A stretch of 63,848 nucleotides of DNA, the filler included, from Octopus bimaculoides (lineage: Eukaryota): NCBI RefSeq assembly GCF_001194135.2. It is 7 parts of 7 records of this genome, joined end to end, with 100 filler letters (N's around TTAATTAATTAA, not from the genome) between each part and the next. Parts side by side here need not be neighbours in the genome. Positions count along the whole stretch, not along the records: positions 1 to 26,537 come from NC_068994.1; positions 26,638 to 36,695 come from NC_069000.1; positions 36,796 to 55,245 come from NC_068989.1; 4 more parts are not named here. One strand, written 5' to 3'. The position numbers and the translations under genes were made by a program. How positions within the stretch are numbered: the first letter of the stretch is position 1; every line of letters begins with the position of its first letter. The notes beneath the pieces are model-generated. The model saw nothing but the letters and a program-made list of their open reading frames with translations. It searched no databases and was not told the DNA's origin. Shown one piece after another: positions 24,228 through 36,828 of this stretch.

Positions 24228-24812
24228 ATAATAATAATAATAACAACAACAACAAAAACAACAACAACAACAGTAACAATAGTAATGATGATAATGTCTT
24301 TTATTTCCAAAAGAGCTATGGATGAGTGGATATTACATGAACAGCTTGTATTATTGGGGAGGAAGGGTTGTTTGCGGTGAAATTGAGTGAAGTTAGGAAG
24401 AAATTGAAAGTGAAAGTGTAGGCGATCTATACATAAATTCTATGTTACTAGAGAACGGCCATAAATTATGACCAATCCAGGAACTATAAACCCATGGATT
24501 CTTTTTACTACCAATTTGCAGTGTCTTCTTCCAGGCGTCATTGGTTGGTCTCATTGCATATAATCAGGCTAGACCCAGTTATTCCAGTTATTCTTGCCAC
24601 ATTCACACATTAACTTAAATAGATGCATTCTCAAAGCCTTTCCAAAGTACCAAAACCCACCACATACTAAACACATAAGACCTCACAAAAGAAAGAAAGC
24701 AACACGGCAGAAACGATCACGCATGCAATAAATGCGATCGTAAATCAATATTAAAATGCTGCAATATACACCACACAAAAAAGATACACAGTAGATCAGC
24801 AACTCAGAAACA

Positions 24813-24883
<71 letters not shown>

Positions 24884-25588
24884 CTAAAATCCATAAAAGC
24901 AATGACGATCGTAAACGTCTTTATAGAAATATTCAACAAAATGCACACACACACAATAAACGCATTCTTTCAATTTTATACTAAACAATAGTCAGAATAA
25001 AAATATTCATCACAACGGAAAAACTAGATGAAGATCCAAATAAAAAAAAATTAGGAAGGTGCAACTTAAACAATTGACAAATAAAACAGAAGAAAACATT
25101 ACAAAATCAATAAACAAAGATCGATATGAACACTTTTCCAGGATACAAATGAACGAGCAGTCTTCTAAGGAACAAACAAAAATGATATAGCCTTGTATGA
25201 AAAATGTTGTGCTAAGCAACAAAGTATCTGAATATCGATACAAATATCAATAGCTACTGTAGTATCGAAGGAAACTGAGCTTTATCCTAAAAGGGTTATA
25301 TCCTCAATGAACACCACTGCACCCCATAGAGAGTATAAGATATAAAACTGAGTAAAAGGGAAACGGTCAAGACCTATTCGTATTTAAAGAAATGTAAAAA
25401 TAGGGATCCAACATGTAAAATAAAAAAAGGACTCAAATAGCAAAAAAGGTAGACAGAAGAGTTAAGCTGGAAATAAGATAAGCGGTATAAATACATTAGA
25501 TGTTACAAGACACGGGTACACCATAAATTGGAAGTTAAATGAACGGATGGGCAAAATAAAAAAAAAACGTAAAAAGAAAAGAAAAATA

Positions 25589-25830
25589 ACTTTGATAGCG
25601 TTTCGAAATCACTGTCACAAACCTGATATAGATAGATCATAACTATCTTGCACATAGATGGAACGGGGTCCATACAATAAGTGTATTACACTTATCAAGT
25701 ATTTTTTTTATTCCTACAGTTATTATGTGGAAGTTTTCTTTTTGTAAAACCTCTGTCCCATCTATGTCGAAAATAGTTATGGTCTATCTAAATCAGATTT
25801 GTGACAGTGGCTTTGAGACGCTATCAAAGG
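25589..25830. mobile_element. Tc1/mariner-type MITE with ~75-bp TIRs and TA TSD
   Basis: ctttgatagcgtttcgaaatcactgtcacaaacctgatatagatagatcataactat.. is inverted at the right end. TA at 25587-88 and 25831-32. Confidence 0.85.
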
Positions 25831-25887
25831 TAAGAAATGGTAAATTACAAACTGGGGACAAAGACTGACGATATAAGAGGTGGGGGG

Positions 25888-26221
25888 GGACACTATAGCC
25901 GTGTGTTAAGAGGAATTCTTTGGGGTTTGGATAATTCACCTCTAGAAATATGGGTGTTTCGTTCAACATCCTTAAACAGCCCTTATTCAGGGTCCTTTTG
26001 AGCAGGATGGGCTACTCGACATGAAGAAAATTCTAATTGGGCCCCATCTGGCAGGTCATGTGCTGTCTTTCTTGAAATGAGATCTCCATGTCGTGCACAT
26101 ATGGTTGTGGTACATGTGCCTGGTGTACCCTTATCAGACTGGTAGTCATGATGGATATACTGGGCTTCGTATATTTGTGCCCCAGTGTCACTTTGATGGT
26201 ATGCACTGTTCTACCACCCTG
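25888..26221 (+). mobile_element. Unclassified (AAT)n-tailed repeat (family X), copy 2
   Basis: Homologous to 5310-5493. Ends in (AAT)n at 26222. Confidence 0.7.
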
Positions 26222-26244
26222 TAATAATAATAATAACAACAATA

Positions 26245-26333
26245 AGAGCATCACAGCAAACCACAGCACATACCCAAGGCACACAGAGCTGCGCTCGGTA
26301 GTGAAGTGAAAGCACGTTATAAAAATAAAACTA

Positions 26334-26337
<4 letters not shown>
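26245..26337 (+). mobile_element. R4/Dong-like 3' UTR-only insertion between (AAT)n arrays
   Basis: aagagcatcacagcaaaccacagcacatacccaaggcacacagagctgcgctcggtagtgaagtgaaagcac..aaataaaactactga is nearly identical to the 3' UTR at 54848-54960 (minus). Confidence 0.85.
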
Positions 26338-26405
<68 letters not shown>

Positions 26406-26406
<1 letters not shown>

Positions 26407-26537
26407 GGGAAAATTAGTTAAAAGTAGCAATATAACACTAGATAAAGCCAATGAAATAAGAGAACTAGACGAAAGCCAACCATATAAGTATTTAGGAGTC
26501 AATGAACTAGATAGGATACAACATACACAAATGAAAG
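26406..26537 (+). mobile_element. R4/Dong-like RT fragment starting at (AAT)n
   Basis: GKLVKSSNITLDKANEIRELDESQPYKYLGVNELDRIQHTQMK, then a gap. Confidence 0.8.
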
Positions 26538-26797
26538 NNNNNNNNNNNNNNNNNNNNNNNNNNNNNNNNNNNNNNNNNNNNTTAATTAATTAANNNNNNN
26601 NNNNNNNNNNNNNNNNNNNNNNNNNNNNNNNNNNNNNATGGTTCTTTATAGGGCGCAGTTTTTACAATCCCGTAAATAATAGTAATGGTATTTTTATATA
26701 AGCTTAAAGCTTATGGCGATCACCGTGCATTGACTAAGGAAAATAATCTAATAAAGGGGCAAAGAAGCCCTCGACATAAAAAAAGAAGGCTTTCCTA

Positions 26798-26842
<45 letters not shown>

Positions 26843-27051
26843 CCTTTATCTCTCTTGTTGCAGTCGTTTTTTTTTAATTAAGCTTAGTATTATTCTATCG
26901 GTTTCTTTGACCGAACACATATTTACGTACACATGATAATTGAATCGTTGGCATAATCATGACGTTTTCATGATCTGATGAGATAGCTTTGTTTATTTGC
27001 ATTGATTGGTAAATGTATACTTGTATTGTATAATGCCTAGCTTGCATGTTC

Positions 27052-27362
27052 TTTTCTACTCCTAGGCACAAGGCCCGAAATTTTGGGGGAGGGGCCAGTC
27101 AGTTAGATCGACACCAGTGCGCAACTGGTACTTAATTTATTGACCGCCGAAAGGATGAAAGGCAAAGTCGACCTCGGCGGAATTTGAACTCAGAACGTAA
27201 AGACAGCCGAAATACCGCTAAGCATTTCGCCCAGCGTGCTAACGTGTCTGCCAGCCAAATCCACTCACAAGGCTTTGGTCGGCCCGAGGCTATAGCAGAG
27301 GACACTTGCCCAAGATGCCACGCAGTGGGACTGAAGCAATCTACCTACCACACAGCACTCCT
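27052..27362 (-). mobile_element. SINE family 1 (27052-27255) abutting a SINE family 3 head fragment (27256-27362)
   Basis: Homology to the other copies, with an abrupt switch at ccagc|caaatccactc. Confidence 0.85.
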
Positions 27363-28027
27363 GCGCACACACACAATTATACATTCACACAGACGTACAC
27401 ACACACACACACACAGACATATACTTACACACAAAGAGAGAGAGAGAGAGAAATAAGAGATATGATCTGTAAACGAAGGAGGAAAACATTATTTAATACG
27501 TGGTCTAAAGATGTATTCATGGATTTATATAAACTGGGATTGTCGGTCATGATTACTCGAGTTACACGAACTGCAAGCTTTCAGGTGACACACACACACA
27601 CATATGCTTGCAGTACTTCTGGAGCAAGTTATATAATTTATATATCTTATCGTTGCTTTTTATTTATATATTTATTTTGCTTCTTATCACAGTCTGTTGA
27701 CTAATATGCAGTTCTGGCTGACATATCTTCTCTCTGTGTTAGTNNNNNNNNNNNNNNNNNNNNNNNNNNNNNNNNNNNNNNNNNNNNNNNNNNNNNNNNN
27801 NNNNNNNNNNNNNNNNNNNNNNNNNNNNNNNNNNNNNNNNNNNNNNNNNNNNNNNNNNNNNNNNNNNNNNNNNNNNNNNNNNNNNNNNNNNNNNNNNNNN
27901 NNNNNNNNNNNNNNNNNNNNNNNNNNNNNNNNNNNNNNNNNNNNNNNNNNNNNNNNNNNNNNNNNNNNNNNNNNNNNNNNNNNNNNNNNNNNNNNNNNNN
28001 NNNNNNNNNNNNNNNNNNNNNNNNNNT

Positions 28028-28303
28028 GTAGCAGCAGCAGCAGCAGCAGCAGCAACAGTAGAATTAGTTGTAGTAGTTATATTAGTAGTAGTAGTAGTGG
28101 TGGTGGTGGTGGTCATGGTGATGGTGGTGGTAGTAGTAGTGGTGGTGGTGGTGGTGGTGGTGGTAGTAGTAGTAGGGGTGGTGGTGGTGGTGGTGGTAGT
28201 AGTAGGGGTAGTGGTGGTGGTTGTGGTCGTAATGGTGGCAGTGGTGATAGTAGTAGTGGTGGGAGTAGTGGTGATGCTAGTAGTAATAGTGGTGGCGGTA
28301 GTG

Positions 28304-28360
<57 letters not shown>

Positions 28361-28470
28361 ATGGTGGTCGTGGTAGCTGCAACAGCTGCAGCAAAAACAA
28401 TTGTAGTAGTAGTAGTAGTAGAAGTAGTAACTGAAGTAGTAACAACAGTACTAGCAACAGCAGCAGCAGT
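28028..28470. repeat. Compound (GCA)/(GTA)/(GGT)n trinucleotide tract
   Basis: Direct reading. Confidence 0.9.
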
Positions 28471-28672
28471 ATTGTAAATGGATCTCTGCCTTTTGCGACG
28501 ATGATTACCCAGTTGTTCGTTCAACTGAACTACCTGCTTGTTGAATTAGCAGACAAGTGGTTGAGTATTCCATAGGTTCATGCTCTCTCTCAATAGAACC
28601 ATCTTTTAGACAGAAATTACCATTGCACATTGTGTATGTGTGGCGGTATTTTTGAATTACGGATGCACGTCG

Positions 28673-28764
28673 TCCGCCTAGCTTCCGCCTAGCTTCCGCC
28701 TAGCTTCCGCCTAGATTCCGACTAGCTTCCGCCTAGCTTCCGCCTAGATTCCGACTAGCTTCCG
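28673..28764. repeat. 11-bp minisatellite (TCCGCCTAGCT)x8
   Basis: Eight units plus TCCG. The variant pair TCCGCCTAGAT-TCCGACTAGCT occurs twice. Confidence 0.95.
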
Positions 28765-30118
28765 TTTGCTCAATTCTACTTACCCAAATTTATGGTAAAA
28801 GACCACTGCTCGAGATGCCATGCTGTAGAATCGAACCTGAGACACCGTGATTGAAAGCCAAGCTTTTAACCATTCGGCCATATTGTTTCCAATGGTAAAG
28901 CAATCCTGAGTAAACTCAACCTGAAGACACATTTTAAGTCGTCTGAGAAATCTAAGCTTGCTTCTTCCTCACCCCATCTCGTATCCTGCTGTTGTTATTT
29001 CGTATTAGTTTTCTATTTATTTCAGTCTCTGCCTGCCTTGTATGCAGGATAAGGATATTCCATCTATACTAGCTATGAAGTGTTCCGAACACTATTAGTA
29101 TCTTAATTTTTGTGCTTAAGCTCTTCAATTCACTTAACTTCCAGATTAATTTGATGAACATGTAGATTATAATTGGGATGAGCGGCGTAATTAACCCCTT
29201 TTATCTTGTTTCTAGCAATGTGTTTATGTTGCTATGGTAGACTGAATCCCCTGTAGTCATCTGTTTTAATTTTCTCCTTCGTTTCTCTGTTGTACTTTAT
29301 CGGTTTCAGTTACTCCACAGTATTTATATCGATGGTTCTGGTTTTTTTAAACTTCAGTTCCTGTATCTAATTTAATGTTCTCACTTTTAGTTAATTTGCC
29401 TCTTATTATAATAGCGTTTGCATATGTATATAATCCTATACTCACTTTGGCACGACTAGAGATATGCGCTGCCCCCCTACTGACTTTGTTTCTCTATAAT
29501 TTTACGAAAAATAGTGACTTTTTAATAAAATTTTCCAGAGATACATTTTAGATAATGCAGATCAGGGTTATATCAGAACTTGTGGTTAGCAGATGAGTGA
29601 CTATCTTTTGATACAGACACAACACAGGGTACGCTTTTAAGTATTTTGGATAACATTTTCAGAAATAACCCAATAAGTTTCCCATTAACTCAGTGAAATA
29701 TTTATGGGTCCCGCTAGTCTATTAATCCCTTTCGGTCCCTTTACTAAACGTAAATTTTATTAGAGATTTAAACAAATCAGAAAACTGTCTGTTCAAAAGG
29801 TTTCCCAGTGCTATGTTCCTCAGACACCGCGAAGAATGTTTAAGGGATCAAGTTTTCCCTCTAATTCCCTGTTAAGAAGTAAGCTCCCCCCCCCCTCCGC
29901 CCTGGGTCTCTTTGCTATCTACAGATGCTAGTATTTCGAATGTGCCTCGATTTGTAACTACATTGTTTCGGGTTCGGTCTCACTACCTGGTATCTTCTTC
30001 GTTAAGTTTCTCCTGTTTTTCTATTATAGTCGCGTGTCGACCGGTGCCCTGTGAGTGAATTTGGTGGACGGAAACTGTGCGGAAACCCGTCGTGTGTATA
30101 TATGTATATGTATAAGCA

Positions 30119-30187
<69 letters not shown>

Positions 30188-30244
30188 GTCTGTCTGTCTG
30201 TCTGTCTGTCTGTTCGTCCGTTTGTCTGTCTGTCCGTCTCTCGG

Positions 30245-30299
<55 letters not shown>

Positions 30300-31107
30300 G
30301 TGTATATGTGAAAGTACATGTGTTTATGTGTGTGTGTGTATGTATGTATGTGTGTGTGTATATCTATGTGATTGTGTGTGTGTACGTGGGCGTGTGTGTA
30401 TGTGTGTACGTTCGTACGCTTGTATGTGTGTATGTATGTATGCATGTATGCATGCGTGTGTCTGTATGTATGTATGCATACGTGTGTATGTATATATGCA
30501 TATATTTATNNNNNNNNNNNNNNNNNNNNNNNNNNNNNNNNNNNNNNNNNNNNNNNNNNNNNNNNNNNNNNNNNNNNNNNNNNNNNNNNNNNNNNNNNNN
30601 NNNNNNNNNNNNNNNNNNNNNNNNNNNNNNNNNNNNNNNNNNNNNNNNNNNNNNNNNNNNNNNNNNNNNNNNNNNNNNNNNNNNNNNNNNNNNNNNNNNN
30701 NNNNNNNNNNNNNNNNNNNNNNNNNNNNNNNNNNNNNNNNNNNNNNNNNNNNNNNNNNNNNNNNNNNNNNNNNNNNNNNNNNNNNNNNNNNNNNNNNNNN
30801 NNNNNNNNNNNNNNNNNNNNNNNNNNNNNNNNNNNNNNTTACTCAAAATTTATTGACTTATAAGACACAGGATCCCTTTTTTGCAGCAGGGAGTATAATT
30901 ATCTATTTATCTATCTATCTACCTATCTATCTATCTATCTATCCGTGAATCTGTCTGTCTGTTTGTTTCGGTTTGTTTGTCTGTGTCCCTACCCGTCCGT
31001 CCATTCATCCACCCATCCATCCATCCATCCATCCATCTAGCTATTTGTCTGTCTGTCTCTGTCTATTTATTTATTAGTCTGTCTGTCTGCCTATTTATCT
31101 ATCAGTT

Positions 31108-31184
<77 letters not shown>

Positions 31185-31327
31185 GTGTGTGTATCTGTCT
31201 GTGTATCTATCTGTCTGTGTGTGTATTTCTGTCTGTTTGTCTGTCTCTCTGCCTACCCGTTCGTCCGTCCTTCCGTCCATCCATCCATCGATCTATCTAT
31301 CTGTCTGTCTGTCTGTCTGTCTATTTA

Positions 31328-33677
31328 CAGTAACCTCTTGGTTAGGGACGCATCTCAGATAAATACGCGCAAAATTTTCAAGTGTCCCAGATCCAAGTTT
31401 ATCAACGATTTATTCTACGGCAACATTGACGAACATCTAAATAAGTAATAAACGGCCCAAGGTACGTGATATCTTGTGAAGTTTATTGTTTAAACATGTC
31501 ATGCAAAGTCATCTGTTTCAGTTTTTGTGGGCTTATTTATTTGTTTTCGCTGCGCTTCCAATGTTACTCGTCTTAGCTTCCTCTGAAAGCAATCAAACTA
31601 GTTTTTCAGGTCATTGTAACCATCCTCTTCTGCAGCTTGCACATCTGCACATAGCAACTGATCTTCAATGTTGAACACGGTGTTGTCCAGTTTGCCGAAG
31701 CCGTTGAAACTGACATTATCGATTGGCGCAGTAGGGTCGCTATGGTCACTTTCATTATCGGCGTCCTAAGTTATTTCTTCAATTCATGACCCTATCATCA
31801 ACCCTTCAATGTCCTCCAAAATCGCCTGTACATACTCCTCATTGTTTTCCTCATCGACATGCAGATATTCCTCTAATTCGTCCTTGATCATTGCAATATT
31901 GAATGAATCGAAGCTAAGCAAAATTTCGGACATCCATTCGATTTCTTTAATAATTCATCCTTTTTAAATGCGTTCTTGATTGATGCAGCTGATATTGCAT
32001 CCCATGTACGCGTCACACAGTGAGCGGCATCGAGTAGATGTGCAGGATTACAATAAGCTACACCCGTCGCCCCTCTGCGTAGCTTTTTGCTTGTGGATTC
32101 TCGTGGCCTCATCAAACTCGAAAACTCAAGAACGTCATTGATATACAAATATTTGCACCTTTCTTTTAGTGTTGCAATGATCCCCATATTGCATGGTTAT
32201 TTCCAGCAGGGGCATGTAGGTGGGGGAAAATACAACCATGACGTTATCCCGTTCAAAAGCTTCAAAATAGCCTGAAGCATTGTCGTTCAACAAGAGAACA
32301 CGGCGTCCCGTTCTCTTCTTCACTTTGTTGAACTATTTATAACACGTTTTGATATCCATCCACGCTTTGCTCTCATTAAAGTACTTCAGAGGCCATTCCC
32401 GATTTTCTTACAGACTGCCCTTTGCATTTTCCGATTAATGCTTAAGGAACTTTGTGCGTTCCTGTGACATTCGCACGAACAATGAGTGACATCCGTTCTT
32501 TAACTTTCTTCTTTCCTCAGGTGGCGCTGACATCTTCGTATTGCATAAGTAGGGTATATTTGAGCATCTACCGAAAAAATAACCCTATCTCATCCATGTT
32601 ATAAACATTTTTCAGCATTATACTGTTCAATTGTTGTTGGCACTCCGTCGCTTACGACGACGAGGGTTCCAGTTGATCCGATCAACGGAACAGCCTGCTC
32701 GTGAAATTAACGTGCAAGTGGCTGAGCACTCCACAGACACGTGTACCCTTAACGTAGTTCTCGGGGATATTCAGCGTGACACAGTGTGACAAGGCTGACC
32801 CTTTGAATTACAGGCACAACAGAGACAGGAAGTAAGAGTGAGAGAAAGTTGTGGTGAAAGAGTAGGGCAAGGTTCGCCACCATCCCCTGCCGGAGCCCCG
32901 TGGAGCTTTAGGTGTTTTCGCTCAATAAACACTCACAACGCCCGGTCTGGGAATCGAAATGGCGATCCTATGAGCGCGAGTCCGCTGCCCTAACCACTGG
33001 GCCATTGCGCCTCAACACTGTTCAATTACGGTATATAAATCGTTCAATGCAACCAATAACTCCGGATCTTCTTTGTTCACTTCTACTCCTTCGCCATGGA
33101 GCAAAACTTTCCGTAACCCGTGATGTACTCTGAATCTGATTAACCACTGCCGCGATGTTTCAAAGTCATCTTCCAATATCTATAATTCCACAGCCGTCTG
33201 GTTTGCTTTTACAATGGCCAACGACGGTGGGACAGGCATGTCTACATGACGAACGCAATCAATCCACAAGCGCAGCATGTCTTCGAGCTCCAAAAAACCG
33301 ACCCACTGACGCTCGAAATGTTTGCGTTATGGTCTCCCAAGACATGAAAGTACAAGGTTTTTGGATCGCTTCCCGGTTCTCCCAAAGCTTTCGGATAACA
33401 CCTTCACTCACTTCATACTCGCTTACTCGGATGATCCAATCTCTGGGATTCATTCAAACGCATCCCCCTTTCCTTTGCTGGGCATCATGGAGAAAACTGA
33501 CAGGAATGATGACAAATATGATCTAAAACGGTGTGCATACGTGAGCTTTGCTGTGATTGGTTGCACGCATGCATTCGCGCAGCTGATTTGCTACCGCTGT
33601 TGCTATGTGCGCACCTACCGGCTAAGTACGCACAAGCGGTTAGATTCAAGCTGCGGTACTTAAGAGGGAGATTGCTG
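31328..33677 (-). mobile_element. pogo/Tigger-family DNA transposon fossil in a (TATC)n tract
   Basis: Degenerate TIRs CAG(T/C)AA(C/T)CTC with TA at 31326-27 and 33678-79. CENP-B-like N-terminus, NVYNMDEIGLF, PLKYFNESKAWM, RRVLLLNDNASG. Confidence 0.88.
32633..33016 (-). mobile_element. Full-length SINE family 2 nested in the pogo transposase, 11-bp TSD
   Basis: TSD ACTGTTCAATT at 32622-32 and 33017-27. Confidence 0.95.
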
Positions 33678-33683
33678 TATCTG

Positions 33684-33752
<69 letters not shown>

Positions 33753-33823
33753 TTCTGTCTATATATCGAGATGCATGTAGATACATATTTATATATCTAT
33801 ATAATTACATATAAGTGTATGTG

Positions 33824-33919
<96 letters not shown>

Positions 33920-34909
33920 NNNNNNNNNNNNNNNNNNNNNNNNNNNNNNNNNNNNNNNNNNNNNNNNNNNNNNNNNNNNNNNNNNNNNNNNNNNNNNNNN
34001 NNNNNNNNNNNNNNNNNNNNNNNNNNNNNNNNNNNNNNNNNNNNNNNNNNNNNNNNNNNNNNNNNNNNNNNNNNNNNNNNNNNNNNNNNNNNNNNNNNNN
34101 NNNNNNNNNNNNNNNNNNNNNNNNNNNNNNNNNNNNNNNNNNNNNNNNNNNNNNNNNNNNNNNNNNNNNNNNNNNNNNNNNNNNNNNNNNNNNNNNNNNN
34201 NNNNNNNNNNNNNNNNNNNNNNNNNNNNNNNNNNNNNNNNNNNNNNNNNNNNNNNNNNNNNNNNNNNNNNNNNNNNNNNNNNNNNNNNNNNNNNNNNNNN
34301 NNNNNNNNNNNNNNNNNNNNNNNNNNNNNNNNNNNNNNNNNNNNNNNNNNNNNNNNNNNNNNNNNNNNNNNNNNNNNNNNNNNNNNNNNNNNNNNNNNNN
34401 NNNNNNNNNNNNNNNNNNNNNNNNNNNNNNNNNNNNNNNNNNNNNNNNNNNNNNNNNNNNNNNNNNNNNNNNNNNNNNNNNNNNNNNNNNNNNNNNNNNN
34501 NNNNNNNNNNNNNNNNNNNNNNNNNNNNNNNNNNNNNNNNNNNNNNNNNNNNNNNNNNNNNNNNNNNNNNNNNNNNNNNNNNNNNNNNNNNNNNNNNNNN
34601 NNNNNNNNNNNNNNNNNNNNNNNNNNNNNNNNNNNNNNNNNNNNNNNNNNNNNNNNNNNNNNNNNNNNNNNNNNNNNNNNNNNNNNNNNNNNNNNNNNNN
34701 NNNNNNNNNNNNNNNNNNNNNNNNNNNNNNNNNNNNNNNNNNNNNNNNNNNNNNNNNNNNNNNNNNNNNNNNNNNNNNNNNNNNNNNNNNNNNNNNNNNN
34801 NNNNNNNNNNNATGCTAGGCCACTGGTGGTGAAATTTCTAAAAAAACTCACTGCCGTATATATATTTTACGTATATATATATATATATATATATACATTT
34901 TTTCATTTT

Positions 34910-34983
<74 letters not shown>

Positions 34984-35484
34984 GAGAGAGACAGATAGAT
35001 AGATAGATAGATCACAATGCATATGAGATTAGAAATTCTGTTCACGACGCTCGACGCCTATAAAGAGCTATGATGAAATCAAATGCTAATAAATGAAAAT
35101 ATTAGAAAAGCAACATCTAAAACAAGAAACAGAACAACAGACTTATAGGTTGTTGTGATACATGTTAAACCAATTAAATGCTCGAGCTTTGATTACTGTT
35201 CCGCATTAATGAACTCAAGTGCCTGACGGTGAAAGCAGTCACAGTAGATTTTGTAGGGCTTTGTAGATGTGTTATAATAACATTTAGTGTTGTCCAATCG
35301 CTTACAGGAACAAGCTCTCTCTTCTTATCCGGGGCTTAAAAGGTATTTTGTAACCTTTATAAATATTTTATCGCCAATTAATATCATTTTGTTTTGTTAT
35401 TCAATAACAACAAGAATAACACTTGCGGCGGCGGCGGCACAATTAAGATTAAAGGATTTATTTATGGTTAATTACTAAATGTAT

Positions 35485-35612
35485 TGTGGAGGCGCAATGA
35501 CCCACTGGTTAGGGCAGCGGGCTCGCGGTCATAGTATCGCGGTTTCGATTCCCAGACCGGACGTTGTGAGTGTTTATTGAGCGAAAACACCTAATGCTCC
35601 ACGAGGCTCCGA
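35485..35612 (+). mobile_element. SINE family 2, 5' fragment
   Basis: tgtggaggcgcaatgacccactggttagggcagcgg..ccacgaggctccg, 3'-truncated at a (TA)n tract. Confidence 0.9.
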
Positions 35613-35676
35613 TATATGTATATGGATATATATATGTATATGAATATATATGTATGTGCATATATATATATGTGTA

Positions 35677-35797
35677 TGTTCGAAACGTCTAGTTAGAATA
35701 GAGGCAGCTGACGAAGGATTAATTCCAAGTGACTATCTGTTTTCCTATGTGTTCATTCCGTGGTCTGTAGTTCATTGTTCTAACGTCCTGTACCCTG
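35677..35797 (+). ncRNA. Rearranged (C-B-A order) hammerhead-like motif in repeat copy 2
   Basis: GTTC-GAAA-CGTCTAG (35678-92), GGCAG-CTGACGA (35703-14), CTAAC-GTC^CTGT (35780-91). Stem III 7 bp with a bulged C, stem I at least 4 bp. Confidence 0.55.
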
Positions 35798-35879
35798 ATA
35801 TGCATCTATATACACATGTAGATGTAAGTATGTACATATATTTGTGTATACTTGCATATATATTCTTTGTATTTATATG

Positions 35880-35924
<45 letters not shown>

Positions 35925-36031
35925 TCGTTTATTCTTTTACTTGTTTCAGTTTTCGTCGCTATACAGATAGAGTAGAATGGATTATTACGCAGTGTGTGAA
36001 TATTTGGAAAGAAACTCGGTTTCTTGAATTT

Positions 36032-36074
36032 CAATGACGTCTGAGTTTCGGCATTTTAGCCTTCGTCAAACTTG
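36032..36074 (-). ncRNA. Degenerate type I hammerhead-like motif
   Basis: AAGT-TTGACGA-A-GGC/GCC-GAAAC-TCAGAC-GTC^ATTG. C3 is mutated and stem I is weak. Confidence 0.4.
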
Positions 36075-36635
36075 TATGTATGTATGTAGGAATTTTCTAG
36101 TGCGTTGTACCAATATCGTACAATTCAAAGATGGCCATCACCTCAGAAACAACAAAAATGATTGCGCTTTAAGGCAGAACGCCCGCGTAGAGCGTGTTAG
36201 AAAAGCCAATGAGAGAAAACGCACGAAATACCAAATGCTGGTGAAGCAGTGCATGGACAAAGTTCGGAAAGCCCGTTATATAGACATAGAATGGAGCCAC
36301 AGAGATTTTGTATAACTCTGAAATGCCCTTAACCGACTGAACTTACAAGGACGGCAAAGAAGAGGGCCGTTTATTCTTGAAGTGAATCTGCAGAGAAAAC
36401 CACTGATCGGCTTTCATTAAGGGAGCTGGTTTGGGGGCAGTTGATGTAAGTTGGGGCCCGAATGAACCTCGTCTGGGTGGCCCTGGACGGAGTGCCTTGA
36501 TATTGATAGAATAGACCCATCCGGTGAACCCATCCTCTACACCAAGCTTTGTATCACTGGTGAACTGAAGAATGTCTCGGCTCATTCAGATGTACCTTGC
36601 ACGCGCGTGCGCACACACACACACATACACACACA

Positions 36636-36695
<60 letters not shown>

Positions 36696-36795
36696 NNNNN
36701 NNNNNNNNNNNNNNNNNNNNNNNNNNNNNNNNNNNNNNNTTAATTAATTAANNNNNNNNNNNNNNNNNNNNNNNNNNNNNNNNNNNNNNNNNNNN

Positions 36796-36828
<33 letters not shown>

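Noticed and set aside
26582-26593. TTAATTAATTAA centred in a 100-nt N block (also 36740-51, 55290-301, 59036-47, 61225-36, 62701-12)
   Set aside because: Identical 44N-12mer-44N layout six times: a scaffolding spacer with stops in all frames, not biology.
27697-28524. Poly-Gly/Ser and poly-Thr ORFs resembling mucin or glycine-rich proteins
   Set aside because: Compound trinucleotide repeat open in several frames on both strands, with no credible splice sites or unique coding sequence.
28673-28764. Possible CRISPR-like array
   Set aside because: Contiguous tandem units with no spacers in eukaryotic DNA. No CRISPR or rRNA was seen anywhere in the window.
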